Source of the DNA: Polyangiaceae bacterium
GTDB lineage: Bacteria > Myxococcota_A > Polyangia > Polyangiales > Polyangiaceae
Assembly (NCBI GenBank): GCA_013361525.1
Contig: JABFXY010000067.1
Coordinates: 4,387 to 68,386 of the forward strand
Length of the DNA stretch: 64,000 nucleotides
Direction of reading: 5' to 3'
Each line of letters starts with the position of its first letter. Position 1 is the first letter of the stretch. The translations under genes were made by a program, and so were the position numbers. Below are positions 25,323-33,494 of the stretch, piece by piece. The notes under the pieces were generated by a model. That model was not told the DNA's origin and ran no database searches. It saw only the letters and a program-made list of their open reading frames with translations.

Positions 25323-25730
25323 TCAGCGGACGTTGCGCGCTTGAGCCGCAGCAAGAACGCTTTGCGCAACCCCACTGGCCCACTTCTCCGTCCCGGGCTT
25401 CCCGACGCGTGTCTCACCGCCGGCGGTGATCAGCACGACACCGTGGCTGTCTTGGGCCCGCACGCCGAGGACCGCGGTGACGGCGCCGACGACAAGCGAG
25501 GCGACGGCTCCGAGGATGAGGGCGGGCAACTCAGACGGCTTCGCCGCTCGGCCGACGACCCAGAGCAGAACGGCGGCGATCAGCGCTCCAACGCAGAGGG
25601 CAAGCCAGATCGTGGCGCTCACGAGGCGCCGAGACTCAACGCGCGCGCCAACGACGGCGGAGAGGGCGATGGTGTCGCCGTCGATCGTGACGAAGTCGGC
25701 TGAAAGGGTCACGCGTCGGTCGATGTTCAC
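25323..25730 (-). CDS. two-TM membrane protein
   Basis: GTG 25730 overlaps the lipoprotein stop (GTGA). Hydrophobic segments are ATIWLALCVGALIAAVLLWVV and LPALILGAVASLVVGAVTAVLGV. Confidence 0.55.
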   Translation of the reverse strand: MNIDRRVTLSADFVTIDGDTIALSAVVGARVESRRLVSATIWLALCVGALIAAVLLWVVGRAAKPSELPALILGAVASLVVGAVTAVLGVRAQDSHGVVLITAGGETRVGKPGTEKWASGVAQSVLAAAQARNVR

Positions 25731-26329
25731 TGTCCGATCTCGATGCTGGCTTGGACGAAGTTTCCAGGCGCCAGCGAGCCTTCCGACGAGAACCAGAACC
25801 CGCTCCCCACCGCGATAGTCTGGTCGCACGCGCCGTTCGCGCCCAGAACGAAGGCCGCTTGGGGGGCCGCGATCGCCGGGCCAACACTGTAGATCGTTGG
25901 TGCCGGCTGGTTGCACTGAGCGGCGACGGCCTCGATGTAGCGCGGGGCCGCATCGCACGGCATCCTCACGATCGGCTGAGTGCAGCCGGCGTCCGCGAAG
26001 AACGTTGTCGGCGTAGCGAGCGGAAGACAGCGCGTCTCGCCGTCGCTCGCCGTCCGCCACGTGCACTCGGTCTCGAGCTGCGCGTCATACCAGCCAGCCG
26101 GTCCTCGGGAGCCATCAGCGCCAGCAACCGTTCGCGCGCGGATCCTGCTGCCGGAGACGTAATCGCCCTGCGCGTTGCCTCCTGCGCCGGCGCCCGTCGA
26201 GCTCGACGTATCGGATCCGGTCGACCCCGTCGGGTCGGGCCCGATCGTCTCGGAGTCGTCGCTGCAGCCCATTAGCGCCAGGATAGACGCCGCACACAGT
26301 CGCCTTTTCATACCCATCTCCTCGCTCAT
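25727..26329 (-). CDS. Cys-rich secreted lipoprotein
   Basis: MKRRLCAASILALMGCSDD has a lipobox (LMGC), followed by a Ser/Thr/Gly linker and then 8 Cys residues. Start could be 26329, 26317 or 26311. Confidence 0.7.
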   Translation of the reverse strand: MSEEMGMKRRLCAASILALMGCSDDSETIGPDPTGSTGSDTSSSTGAGAGGNAQGDYVSGSRIRARTVAGADGSRGPAGWYDAQLETECTWRTASDGETRCLPLATPTTFFADAGCTQPIVRMPCDAAPRYIEAVAAQCNQPAPTIYSVGPAIAAPQAAFVLGANGACDQTIAVGSGFWFSSEGSLAPGNFVQASIEIGQ

Positions 26330-26332
26330 CGA

Positions 26333-26923
26333 TCACCGACTCCGCTTGGTCTTGCGACCTTCCATTGGAGCAGCCTCCGTGAACGCGTCGCTCTCGATTG
26401 TAGCCTTTCCACGTCGAATCTCGGCCTCCCACCAGAGACCCTGATCAATCCAGTGCTTGCGACCAGGGTCGACCTCCTCGTTCCCCGTGTTCTCCTCGGT
26501 GAGCATCGCCTCGATCGCCTCTTCGCTCACTCCCATCGCTCGGAGTGCAACAGCCGCGCCCGCCTTGGACGGGTAGCGCTTCACGTTGGAGGCGATCCTC
26601 TCAGCGATCATCACGCTTGTGGCCGTGTCCTGAGGCGATGGGTCGGGGGCGCCGAACGGGTTCGGCCCCACGCCAGCGAAGAGCCACTCGGCGGTCACGT
26701 CGAGTGCCACGGCGAGTTTCTTCCGCGTCGGCGGTCGCATGCCCTCGCCGCGCTCTCCCTTCAGGAGCCTGGTGACGTGCGATTTGTCGACTCCCGAGCT
26801 CTTCCCCAACTCCGTCACGGAAAAACCTCGGACCGCCATCGCCTGCCTTAGGCGCTCCGCGATCCCACTGTTTTCGGTCATGTAGAGCATCGTCGAACGC
26901 TCTGCCCCCGGGCCGCAAAACAT
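26333..26923 (-). CDS. XRE-family CI-like repressor, no S24 peptidase domain
   Basis: IAERLRQAMAVRGFSVTELGKSSGVDKSHVTRLLKGER is a classic XRE HTH. The C-terminal half has no Ser-Lys (GDSM-type) motif. Start 26923 fits a leaderless layout; alternatives are 26890 and 26881. Confidence 0.75.
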   Translation of the reverse strand: MFCGPGAERSTMLYMTENSGIAERLRQAMAVRGFSVTELGKSSGVDKSHVTRLLKGERGEGMRPPTRKKLAVALDVTAEWLFAGVGPNPFGAPDPSPQDTATSVMIAERIASNVKRYPSKAGAAVALRAMGVSEEAIEAMLTEENTGNEEVDPGRKHWIDQGLWWEAEIRRGKATIESDAFTEAAPMEGRKTKRSR

Positions 26924-26929
26924 GCCGCA

Positions 26930-26958
26930 TTGACAATCTTTGGAAACGTTGCCACAGT
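26930..26958 (+). promoter_or_regulatory. PR-like promoter: -35 TTGACA (26930-26935), 17-nt spacer, -10 CACAGT (26953-26958)
   Basis: The Cro-like ATG at 26968 is only 10 nt past the -10, implying a leaderless mRNA. A divergent TTGCCA/AAGATT pair on the minus strand could serve the repressor gene. Confidence 0.5.
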
Positions 26959-26964
26959 GGCAAC
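26948..26964. promoter_or_regulatory. operator palindrome GTTGCCAC-A-GTGGCAAC (OR)
   Basis: Perfect 8-1-8 inverted repeat between the divergent repressor and Cro-like genes. Confidence 0.7.
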
Positions 26965-26967
26965 GAC

Positions 26968-27192
26968 ATGCCCTTCGTATCCAAAGGCAGCCTCGCGCTC
27001 ACCGAGGCGATCGATCGGCGCGGCCACACACGAAAGCAGGCCGCCGAGTCCCTCGGGCTCGACCTCTCTCGCCTCAGTCGACTCCTGAGCGGACGTCGCA
27101 AAGCGACGCTTGAGGCGGCTCGTCGGGCCGAGGAGTCGTACGGCGTGCCGGCTGCGTGGTTCGCCGACTTCGTGAAAGAGGCGGCCGCCTAG
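26968..27192 (+). CDS. Cro-like HTH regulator
   Basis: HTRKQAAESLGLDLSRLSRLLSGRRKATLEAARRAEESYGV is a small HTH protein. Divergent from the repressor gene. Confidence 0.7.
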   Translation: MPFVSKGSLALTEAIDRRGHTRKQAAESLGLDLSRLSRLLSGRRKATLEAARRAEESYGVPAAWFADFVKEAAA

Positions 27193-27573
27193 ATGCGCCC
27201 CGTCGCCCCTCAGATGCCCGCGCCCGCGAAGCGCGTCGCCCGCAAGCCGCAGCCGTCCGCTGTCGAGCTTGCCGCGATCGCGCTCACGCTCGGCCTGACC
27301 CTCGAAGCCCGCGGCGTCGTCACGGTTCGGCTGGTCGGCGATGACGACTCTGTCGCCTTCCGCCTCGACACGCCGGACGGGCCCGATGTTGGGCGCGAGG
27401 ATTGGGACGAGTTCTCCAATCCGCTCGGCCCGTTCTACCACGGCTGGGAGCGGCGCGTTCACCGCGACATCGATGTGAGCGCGTTTGGCGCGGCCAAGCG
27501 CTTCGTGCGTCTGGTTGGCGTCGACGTGGCCCGTAGGGCCGTGCGCGCGGCGCGGGAGGCTCACTGTGGCTGA
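27193..27573 (+). CDS. hypothetical protein
   Basis: Track ORF abutting the Cro-like stop. Confidence 0.5.
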   Translation: MRPVAPQMPAPAKRVARKPQPSAVELAAIALTLGLTLEARGVVTVRLVGDDDSVAFRLDTPDGPDVGREDWDEFSNPLGPFYHGWERRVHRDIDVSAFGAAKRFVRLVGVDVARRAVRAAREAHCG

Positions 27574-27748
27574 TGTCTTCATCGTCGGCCTCATCGCCGG
27601 ACTCGCGCTCGGCGGCGTGATCGTCCTGAGCATGCGGCTCCGAGGGATCCATCGCGCGATGGACGCCAACAACGACCGCTTCGCCAACTGCATCAACGAA
27701 CTCTCCCGTCGAACTGGCGGGACGGACCTGCTTCGCAAGGGACGCTGA
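27566..27748 (+). CDS. small single-TM protein
   Basis: GTG 27566 overlaps the upstream 3' end. VADVFIVGLIAGLALGGVIVLSM is a TM segment. Confidence 0.4.
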   Translation: MADVFIVGLIAGLALGGVIVLSMRLRGIHRAMDANNDRFANCINELSRRTGGTDLLRKGR

Positions 27749-27951
27749 TGGCCTGGCTCGACCTGTCCGCCGAGATCGCCGAGGAGATGTCCTCGCTCTG
27801 CTCGACGCGCCCGGACATCCGGGGCCTGACCGTGCACGCGGTCCGTGGCGATCGCGACGAAGAGCTCTTCAATCGAAAGTTCCGCCGCACCGTCGAGCGC
27901 GGTCTTCGTGAGCAAGCCAAGCCGCAGCTTCGGCTGCCTGGGGTTCGATAG
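27748..27951 (+). CDS. hypothetical small protein
   Basis: Track ORF; TGATG junction. Confidence 0.45.
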   Translation: MAWLDLSAEIAEEMSSLCSTRPDIRGLTVHAVRGDRDEELFNRKFRRTVERGLREQAKPQLRLPGVR

Positions 27952-28491
27952 GTGGGCGCCCTCCTCCCTCTCCGGCAGTCGTTCGTGGCCGTCGTGCGGA
28001 CGGAGCGCACCGATCGGCCCATTGGCGTGGTCGTCGAGTCGCGCTCCTCGACGTCGAGCGGCCTGCTCACGCTGGAGGAGGCTGAGGCCGCCCACGCGAT
28101 GCTCGGCCAACTGATCGCCGACGTGAAGCGCGACCGCGAGCGCGGCCTCCCTCTCGCGCTCAACCAGGTCACCGCCGAGTACCGCGACGCGGCTCGCGAG
28201 CACGACGCCTGGGCGCGTGGCGTTGCGCAGCGCGCGTTCGGCCAAGAGACGTCCGAACAGAGCCCCAAGGCCGGGATGGGCGCCGGCACTTCTTCGAGCG
28301 ACGCGTTCGCTCCCACCGTCGGTGCGGCTCATAACCTGGCACCAATCCTGACGGATGACGGCAATGGGGGCGGTCGCGTCAGGCGGGCCGGGGATGACGG
28401 CATGGTGCCGTCTCGCCTGGAGAGAGCCTGCTCGAGCCACGCCGAGGGTTCGGAGAGCGTGGCGCCCCGCGGGGACACACGGAGGACCTGA
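27952..28491 (+). CDS. hypothetical protein
   Basis: Track ORF; GTG start abutting the upstream stop. Confidence 0.45.
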   Translation: MGALLPLRQSFVAVVRTERTDRPIGVVVESRSSTSSGLLTLEEAEAAHAMLGQLIADVKRDRERGLPLALNQVTAEYRDAAREHDAWARGVAQRAFGQETSEQSPKAGMGAGTSSSDAFAPTVGAAHNLAPILTDDGNGGGRVRRAGDDGMVPSRLERACSSHAEGSESVAPRGDTRRT

Positions 28492-28886
28492 TGGCTTCTG
28501 CGCTTCCTTCATCACCGCCTCCCGCCCTTCACCAGCACCGGGCGAAAGCCCTGCCGCTGACTGCTGAGCACGTCGAGTCGACGACCACGGAGCATGTCGA
28601 TGATGGCACGCGAGTAGTGGCGCGCCGTCTCAATCGCAAGCTCGTGGTCGTCCCCGCAATGAAGGCCTCGCACGTCTCGCCGGACGAAGTCGCTGGGGCC
28701 TTCGCCGTCAATCTCCGCAGGGTCGGCCGGATCCTGGAGCACGGGGAGAAGAGCGAGCCGCAGCCCTTCGACCTTGCCGACCTCGAGATCCTCGCCGCCG
28801 CTGGCCGCCGCGAAGCGCGGCTCGCTCGCGAGATCGCAATGCGCGTTTTGGAGCGCATCAATCGAATCGAGCTTTCGCATACCTGA
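28491..28886 (+). CDS. hypothetical protein
   Basis: Track ORF; TGATG junction. Last gene before the hairpin at 28893. Confidence 0.45.
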   Translation: MASALPSSPPPALHQHRAKALPLTAEHVESTTTEHVDDGTRVVARRLNRKLVVVPAMKASHVSPDEVAGAFAVNLRRVGRILEHGEKSEPQPFDLADLEILAAAGRREARLAREIAMRVLERINRIELSHT

Positions 28887-28892
28887 AGTCAT

Positions 28893-28914
28893 AAGGCGCC
28901 CTGGTGGCGCCTTT
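28893..28914 (+). terminator. terminator-like GC-rich hairpin
   Basis: AAGGCGCC-CTGGT-GGCGCCTT then T. 8-bp stem, short U tract, in an 87-bp AT-richer gap. Confidence 0.4.
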
Positions 28915-28973
28915 AAGAGGGTCGCAACAGTTCAGGCCAGGCGTGCAGGCCATACGAATTGAGAGAAGCAAAA

Positions 28974-29201
28974 ATGGCGGGAAAGAAGTTGTCAAAGCGT
29001 GTCAATGGGGGGCGCGCACCTGAACGGAGCACGTCGGCGGTCTCCAATCGCCGCATTCCCTATCGGCTCACCCGACCCGGCATCGTCGCGGTGCGGTCTT
29101 CAATCGCCACCGGTCACGTCTTCGATGACGAGCTCACCGCCGACGGCGCAATCGTTCCGGACGCGGAGCGAGACGTGCCGAAGGAATGGAGGGTCGCTTG
29201 A
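28974..29201 (+). CDS. hypothetical basic protein
   Basis: ATG 28974 is preceded by GAGAGAAGC. First gene after the gap. Confidence 0.45.
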   Translation: MAGKKLSKRVNGGRAPERSTSAVSNRRIPYRLTRPGIVAVRSSIATGHVFDDELTADGAIVPDAERDVPKEWRVA

Positions 29202-30544
29202 GAGGTCATCGTCCTGGAACTCCCGCAGCCGGTCTCGACGTTGCGGAGAATATTCGCGTGAGTCTTCTGCAGAAGATTCGCGATCACCTTCATTCGCTTG
29301 GTCAGCGACGTGTGAATTGGGAGGAGTTGGCGCGCCGTCTGGCGCCGATCTTCACGTCGATCGGTGCCGCGGCGCCTGTTGGTCACCAACTCGCGAAGTG
29401 GGTCAACGATGGCGTCCAGAAGAAGAACTTCCCCGACTGGTTCCTTCGTGAATACCAGGCGTGGAAGAGGCGGCTTCCGACCGACGAGCAGCCGGAGCCG
29501 ATGCCCAAGCCGGAGGCGCCGCGGAATGCGCTTGTCCAGCTCCCGCTGGCTGACGAGCCCGAGTCGGTAACCGATGCGTCGCTGATGATCTTCCGTGACA
29601 CGAAGATCCGGATGCGCGGCTCGGCCGGAGCCGAGCAGATGTGTTTGACCGACATGTGGCGGGCGAACGGCTCTGATCCGAGCAAGCAGCCCAGCAACTG
29701 GGCGGCGTCCGCACAGGCATCCGATCTCATCGAGTTCCTCAGTGAAAACTCAAATCCCAGAAATTCTGGGGATTGGATCACCGCAGAAAGAGGTGCCTCG
29801 GGCGGCACCTGGGCCCACTGGCAACTCGCGTTTGCCTACGCGAAGTATCTATCGCCAGCGTTCCACACGTGGGTGAATCAGGCCGCTCGCGAGAAGATGG
29901 CGCGGGGCTCGGCACCCGTCGCGCCGGTAGCTGCGGGCGACCTGCCATCGTGGGCCCGCGGGCTGCTCGAGGGCATGGGGCAGGGTGTGATGGCCGCAAA
30001 GGCAACGGCGGAAGCCGCGTCCACCCGCGTCGAGGAAGTCGCGAAGGACGTCACCGACACCAAGCTCGCCGTGCGCCAGCACGCTGCCGCCATGGAGGGC
30101 CTCGTCGACGAGGTGCACCGCCTCAAGGACGTGGCGTCACACCGTCCGATGCCGACGGCGCCTCCGTTGCCGGACGGGTGGAAGCCCGCGTCATTGGTCG
30201 CAGACCAGCACGGGCTCCCGAGCGTCAAAGCGGGCGGGCACATCATTCGAACGATCTGCGATGCGCTCGGCACGATCGATGACGACTCGATGTGTCGCGT
30301 GGCCGCGTGGAAGGGCCGGGTTGTCTTCGCCATCTCGCCGAAGTGCGAGCACCGCCTGAAGTCCGCGTTCCTTGCCGCGCACAAGGCGATGCAGACCTTC
30401 GGCTACAAACTGAAGGGGCGGATGATGGTGCCGCGCGGCGACTACCCGCACGTGCGGAGCCCGGCGTGGGTAGCTGGGAAGATGGCAGAGGCAGCGGTTC
30501 AAGACGCCGCTCCGCAACTCGATCTGGTCAAGGGCGGCCAATGA
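29186..30544 (+). CDS. KilA-N domain protein (antirepressor-type)
   Basis: CLTDMWRANGSDPSKQPSNW...ITAERGASGGTWAHWQLAFAYAKYLSPAFHTWV is the KilA-N pattern. Alternative TTG start at 29198 would give a TTGA overlap with the upstream stop. Confidence 0.7.
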   Translation: MEGRLRGHRPGTPAAGLDVAENIRVSLLQKIRDHLHSLGQRRVNWEELARRLAPIFTSIGAAAPVGHQLAKWVNDGVQKKNFPDWFLREYQAWKRRLPTDEQPEPMPKPEAPRNALVQLPLADEPESVTDASLMIFRDTKIRMRGSAGAEQMCLTDMWRANGSDPSKQPSNWAASAQASDLIEFLSENSNPRNSGDWITAERGASGGTWAHWQLAFAYAKYLSPAFHTWVNQAAREKMARGSAPVAPVAAGDLPSWARGLLEGMGQGVMAAKATAEAASTRVEEVAKDVTDTKLAVRQHAAAMEGLVDEVHRLKDVASHRPMPTAPPLPDGWKPASLVADQHGLPSVKAGGHIIRTICDALGTIDDDSMCRVAAWKGRVVFAISPKCEHRLKSAFLAAHKAMQTFGYKLKGRMMVPRGDYPHVRSPAWVAGKMAEAAVQDAAPQLDLVKGGQ

Positions 30545-30702
30545 AGTCGGTCTTCGCTGCCCTCTTCGTTGCCGGCGTCGGGATCGGCTTCACGCTCGCC
30601 TCGAACCTGCCCGGCTACGAGTCGCGCTTCATCGCCTGGCTCGGTGGCCTCAACCTCGGCGCGCTCGCTGGCGCCGGCCTTCTCGTGTCGAGGCGGGTAT
30701 GA
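30541..30702 (+). CDS. small two-TM membrane protein (holin-like size)
   Basis: Internal ATG 30541 (ATGA). MKSVFAALFVAGVGIGFTLAS...LGGLNLGALAGAGLLV. Confidence 0.45.
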   Translation: MKSVFAALFVAGVGIGFTLASNLPGYESRFIAWLGGLNLGALAGAGLLVSRRV

Positions 30703-30893
30703 GCGACGACCTCGCCATTGCCGCGGTCGTGGTCGCGGGGCTGTTCGTCGTGCTCTGGTTGCGAAGGCTCGCGACCAAGCCCGAGGCAAAGCTCTCGCCG
30801 ATCCCGACGTGCGACGCGTGCCGCGTGGAGCAGGTCTCTGGGCGGGTCATGCCGAACAACCAGCACGATTGCACGCTGGGAGGTGGACGTTGA
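30699..30893 (+). CDS. small single-TM membrane protein
   Basis: Track ORF (ATGA). LAIAAVVVAGLFVVLWL is a TM segment, followed by a Cys-containing tail. Confidence 0.45.
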   Translation: MSDDLAIAAVVVAGLFVVLWLRRLATKPEAKLSPIPTCDACRVEQVSGRVMPNNQHDCTLGGGR

Positions 30894-31462
30894 CGCCCGC
30901 CGAATGGACCCTGGCGGCCCTTCTTTTCGTCGCACCACCCGGGCGCCACGAGAAGGCGCCGTGGGCCGACCCGTCGCCAGAGTACGCGGTCGCGAGGTAC
31001 CAGAAGATCGCTGACGCGATCGTGTCGAGGTGCGGCGAGGACCGCTCCTGCGCGGCGCTGCTCGTGTCGATCGCGGCGAACGAGTCTCTCGCGGCAAGAG
31101 ACGCCGATGAGGGCATGAACACGAATGCGCCGGCCTGCTACCGCAAAGGAAAGTACGCGACCCGTTGCGACGGCGGGCTCAGCGTCTCCGTCTTCCAGGT
31201 CCGGGCGTTCGGCGTCGACGAGCACGGCCAGCGCATCACGCTCCGTCGTCTCCACACCGATCGCAACCTCGCCGCGTGGCAGGCGCTCCGCGTTGCGCGG
31301 TCGAGCCTCGCGCGCTGCAAGCACCTGAAGCCGGAGCGACGGCTCTCTGGGCTCTCGGGGTCGTGCATCGATCGCGATGGACCTTGGAATCGCCATTACC
31401 GCACTTGGATCCGACTGCGGAGCTGGGAGCCGAAGGTGGAGAAACCCGAGGCCGACTCATGA
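30890..31462 (+). CDS. possible cell-wall hydrolase (weak SLT-like ES motif)
   Basis: TTG 30890 (TTGA overlap). Hydrophobic N-terminus TLAALLFVAPPG. SIAANESLAARDA...GGLSVSVFQV loosely resembles lytic transglycosylase motifs. Weak call. Confidence 0.3.
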   Translation: MTPAEWTLAALLFVAPPGRHEKAPWADPSPEYAVARYQKIADAIVSRCGEDRSCAALLVSIAANESLAARDADEGMNTNAPACYRKGKYATRCDGGLSVSVFQVRAFGVDEHGQRITLRRLHTDRNLAAWQALRVARSSLARCKHLKPERRLSGLSGSCIDRDGPWNRHYRTWIRLRSWEPKVEKPEADS

Positions 31463-31875
31463 CCCAAGCCGCCCGACTCCAAAAGGCGCTCGACGCCGCC
31501 CGCGAAGCGTTCATCGCCAATCCGACGAGCGACAACCGCGAGCGCTACACCTCCGCGCGCGAAGCCTTCGAGAACTTCGCAGCCGATCAGATTCGCCGGC
31601 GCGGGAGCACTCAGGTCATCAGCGACGCGCCAAGTTTCACCGCGAAAACGGATCCGTCGTGGATCGATCTCTCCGGCAACTGGCTCGTGGTCGTCATCGA
31701 CGACTTCGGCAAGAGCAAGCCGATCGCGTCGGCGTCGACCCAACTGAAGGCGCGCGCCTACGCGATGTTCGCCTTCGCGCAGACCGCGAAGACGTGGGGC
31801 CTCTGGGTCGCGCATCGGATCGAGATCCTGACGCGGGAGAAGTGGCTGGAGAAGCAGGGGGTCGAGACGGCATGA
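31459..31875 (+). CDS. hypothetical protein
   Basis: Internal ATG 31459 (ATGA). Confidence 0.45.
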   Translation: MTQAARLQKALDAAREAFIANPTSDNRERYTSAREAFENFAADQIRRRGSTQVISDAPSFTAKTDPSWIDLSGNWLVVVIDDFGKSKPIASASTQLKARAYAMFAFAQTAKTWGLWVAHRIEILTREKWLEKQGVETA

Positions 31876-32234
31876 ACTTCCTCTTCTACTTCCTCGACCG
31901 CGGCCGCTATTGGATCGCGAACCAGCACATCGCAATCCGTGCAACGAGACGCAGGAAGCTCAAGCACGTGGGCTTCCCGAACGTCGAGCCGGAGCGGCGT
32001 CGTGCACCAGAGCAGTCGCGGCGTCGACTTCGGGCGCGCTCGGGGTGGGAGCGCGAACACAAGACCTACGCATTCACGACGAGCCTCGGCGAGCGCGTGG
32101 TTCAGCGCAACTACGTCGACTTCGTCGAGGCGAAGTGGCCGCGGTGCCGCTGGTACTTCGGGCGCAAAGAGGACGCGGTCTTCGCCAAGGTCGACGGCGA
32201 ACTCGTCGCGATCGTTATGCCGGTGAGGACATGA
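31872..32234 (+). CDS. hypothetical protein
   Basis: Internal ATG 31872 (ATGA). Confidence 0.45.
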   Translation: MNFLFYFLDRGRYWIANQHIAIRATRRRKLKHVGFPNVEPERRRAPEQSRRRLRARSGWEREHKTYAFTTSLGERVVQRNYVDFVEAKWPRCRWYFGRKEDAVFAKVDGELVAIVMPVRT

Positions 32235-32914
32235 AGACGCCTCGCCACTACCGCCGCTGGTCGCCAGCCGACGACAAGAAGCTCCGCCTCCTCTGGGGCG
32301 CTCCGATCGCCAACGTCGCTGTCGAGCTCGGTCGCACGCAGCGCACCGTCTACTGGCGCGCGCGAAAGCTCGGTCTGGAGTGCGGCGCACCGCAGGGCTG
32401 GGAGTATCTCACCGCAGCGGCAGAGCGGACCGGCTACGACACGGGTCAGCTTCGTCGGATCCTGCGCGCGGCCGGCGCGCGGCCACAGCGCTCCATCTCC
32501 AGGCCCGACGTCGTGGCGAAGCGTCGCTTCAATGCCGTCGATCCGCTCGATGTGGACGACGCGGTTGCGAAGTGGTGTCGCCAAGAAACGGTCGAGGAGG
32601 CGGCCGCGCGCTCGGCCATTTCGGGCGACACGCTGCGTCGCCTTCTTCTGGCCGCCGGCCACGTCCCGCCTCGGAGCAAGAGGAAGCGGTGGCGCCTCGA
32701 CGCCTCCGTCATCGACGCGGTCGTGGCCGCGTATCGCGCGCGTGTCTCGCAGCTCTCTGTGAGGCAGCACGCGAAGCGCGTCGGGCTCGATCGGACGACG
32801 CTCGCGAAGCGCCTGCGAGCTGCCGGAGTGCTCGGCGAGAAGCAACCGGGGACCAAGGGGCTGGTTCGGCTGCCCGCTGAGGTCGTGGACCGAGCGATTG
32901 GGAGAGCAGCATGA
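32231..32914 (+). CDS. multi-HTH (Myb/SANT-like) DNA-binding protein
   Basis: Internal ATG 32231. RRWSPADDKKLRLLWGAPIANVAVELGRTQRTVYWRARKLGL plus two further HTH-like repeats (AARSAISGDTLRRLL; HAKRVGLDRTTLAKRL). Confidence 0.5.
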   Translation: MKTPRHYRRWSPADDKKLRLLWGAPIANVAVELGRTQRTVYWRARKLGLECGAPQGWEYLTAAAERTGYDTGQLRRILRAAGARPQRSISRPDVVAKRRFNAVDPLDVDDAVAKWCRQETVEEAAARSAISGDTLRRLLLAAGHVPPRSKRKRWRLDASVIDAVVAAYRARVSQLSVRQHAKRVGLDRTTLAKRLRAAGVLGEKQPGTKGLVRLPAEVVDRAIGRAA

Positions 32915-33255
32915 TCCCCGTCCGCCGCGACCTCCACAAGACAGGTCCCAACTGGCTCGTCGAAGAGCTGCGGATGCATATGGTGCCTTACGGCATCTGC
33001 GACATCTCGACGCTCGAGCGCGCCGCCGCGTTTCTTGAGCGCCGACTGCGCGACGAGAAGCTCGCTTCCTGGGTGCAGGCGAGCGTCGGCGACGCCGGGG
33101 TGATGATCCTCCGCATTGGTGACGACGACGCCGATCCGCGTTGTCAGGAGTGGGTCCACCGCGCCGCGACGCCGCTCATGGCTGGCGGGCTCATGCTCGA
33201 TGTGAGGCAGGTGAAGAAGACGGCGATTCCGTCGCTGCCGAGGAGGCCGTGGTGA
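32911..33255 (+). CDS. hypothetical protein
   Basis: Track ORF (ATGA). Confidence 0.45.
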   Translation: MIPVRRDLHKTGPNWLVEELRMHMVPYGICDISTLERAAAFLERRLRDEKLASWVQASVGDAGVMILRIGDDDADPRCQEWVHRAATPLMAGGLMLDVRQVKKTAIPSLPRRPW

Positions 33256-33494
33256 GAATCGATCAGCATCCGCTCTCGCAGGTCAGCGACCTGGACGAAG
33301 CCGATCGGCGCCGACTCGCGCGCGTGGCGCTCACGCAGAGCGGCACGTGGCCGAGGGCTGACTTCGCGATGGCGATTCCGAGTCAGGCCGAGCAGGCCCG
33401 GCGCCGGCAACGCATCGAGCTCCCGCTGTGGCTCCGCATTCGCCGCTTCCTCGCGTGGGCGTTCGCGAAGCCGGAGGGAGGGAATCGACGATGA
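33252..33494 (+). CDS. hypothetical protein
   Basis: GTG 33252 (GTGA overlap). Confidence 0.4.
   Translation: MRIDQHPLSQVSDLDEADRRRLARVALTQSGTWPRADFAMAIPSQAEQARRRQRIELPLWLRIRRFLAWAFAKPEGGNRR

Noticed and set aside
26878-28515. 545-aa minus-strand ORF across the Cro-side small genes
   Set aside because: It is antisense to a coupled series of plus-strand genes. Its Arg/Ala/Leu-rich, motif-free translation is typical of a high-GC shadow ORF.
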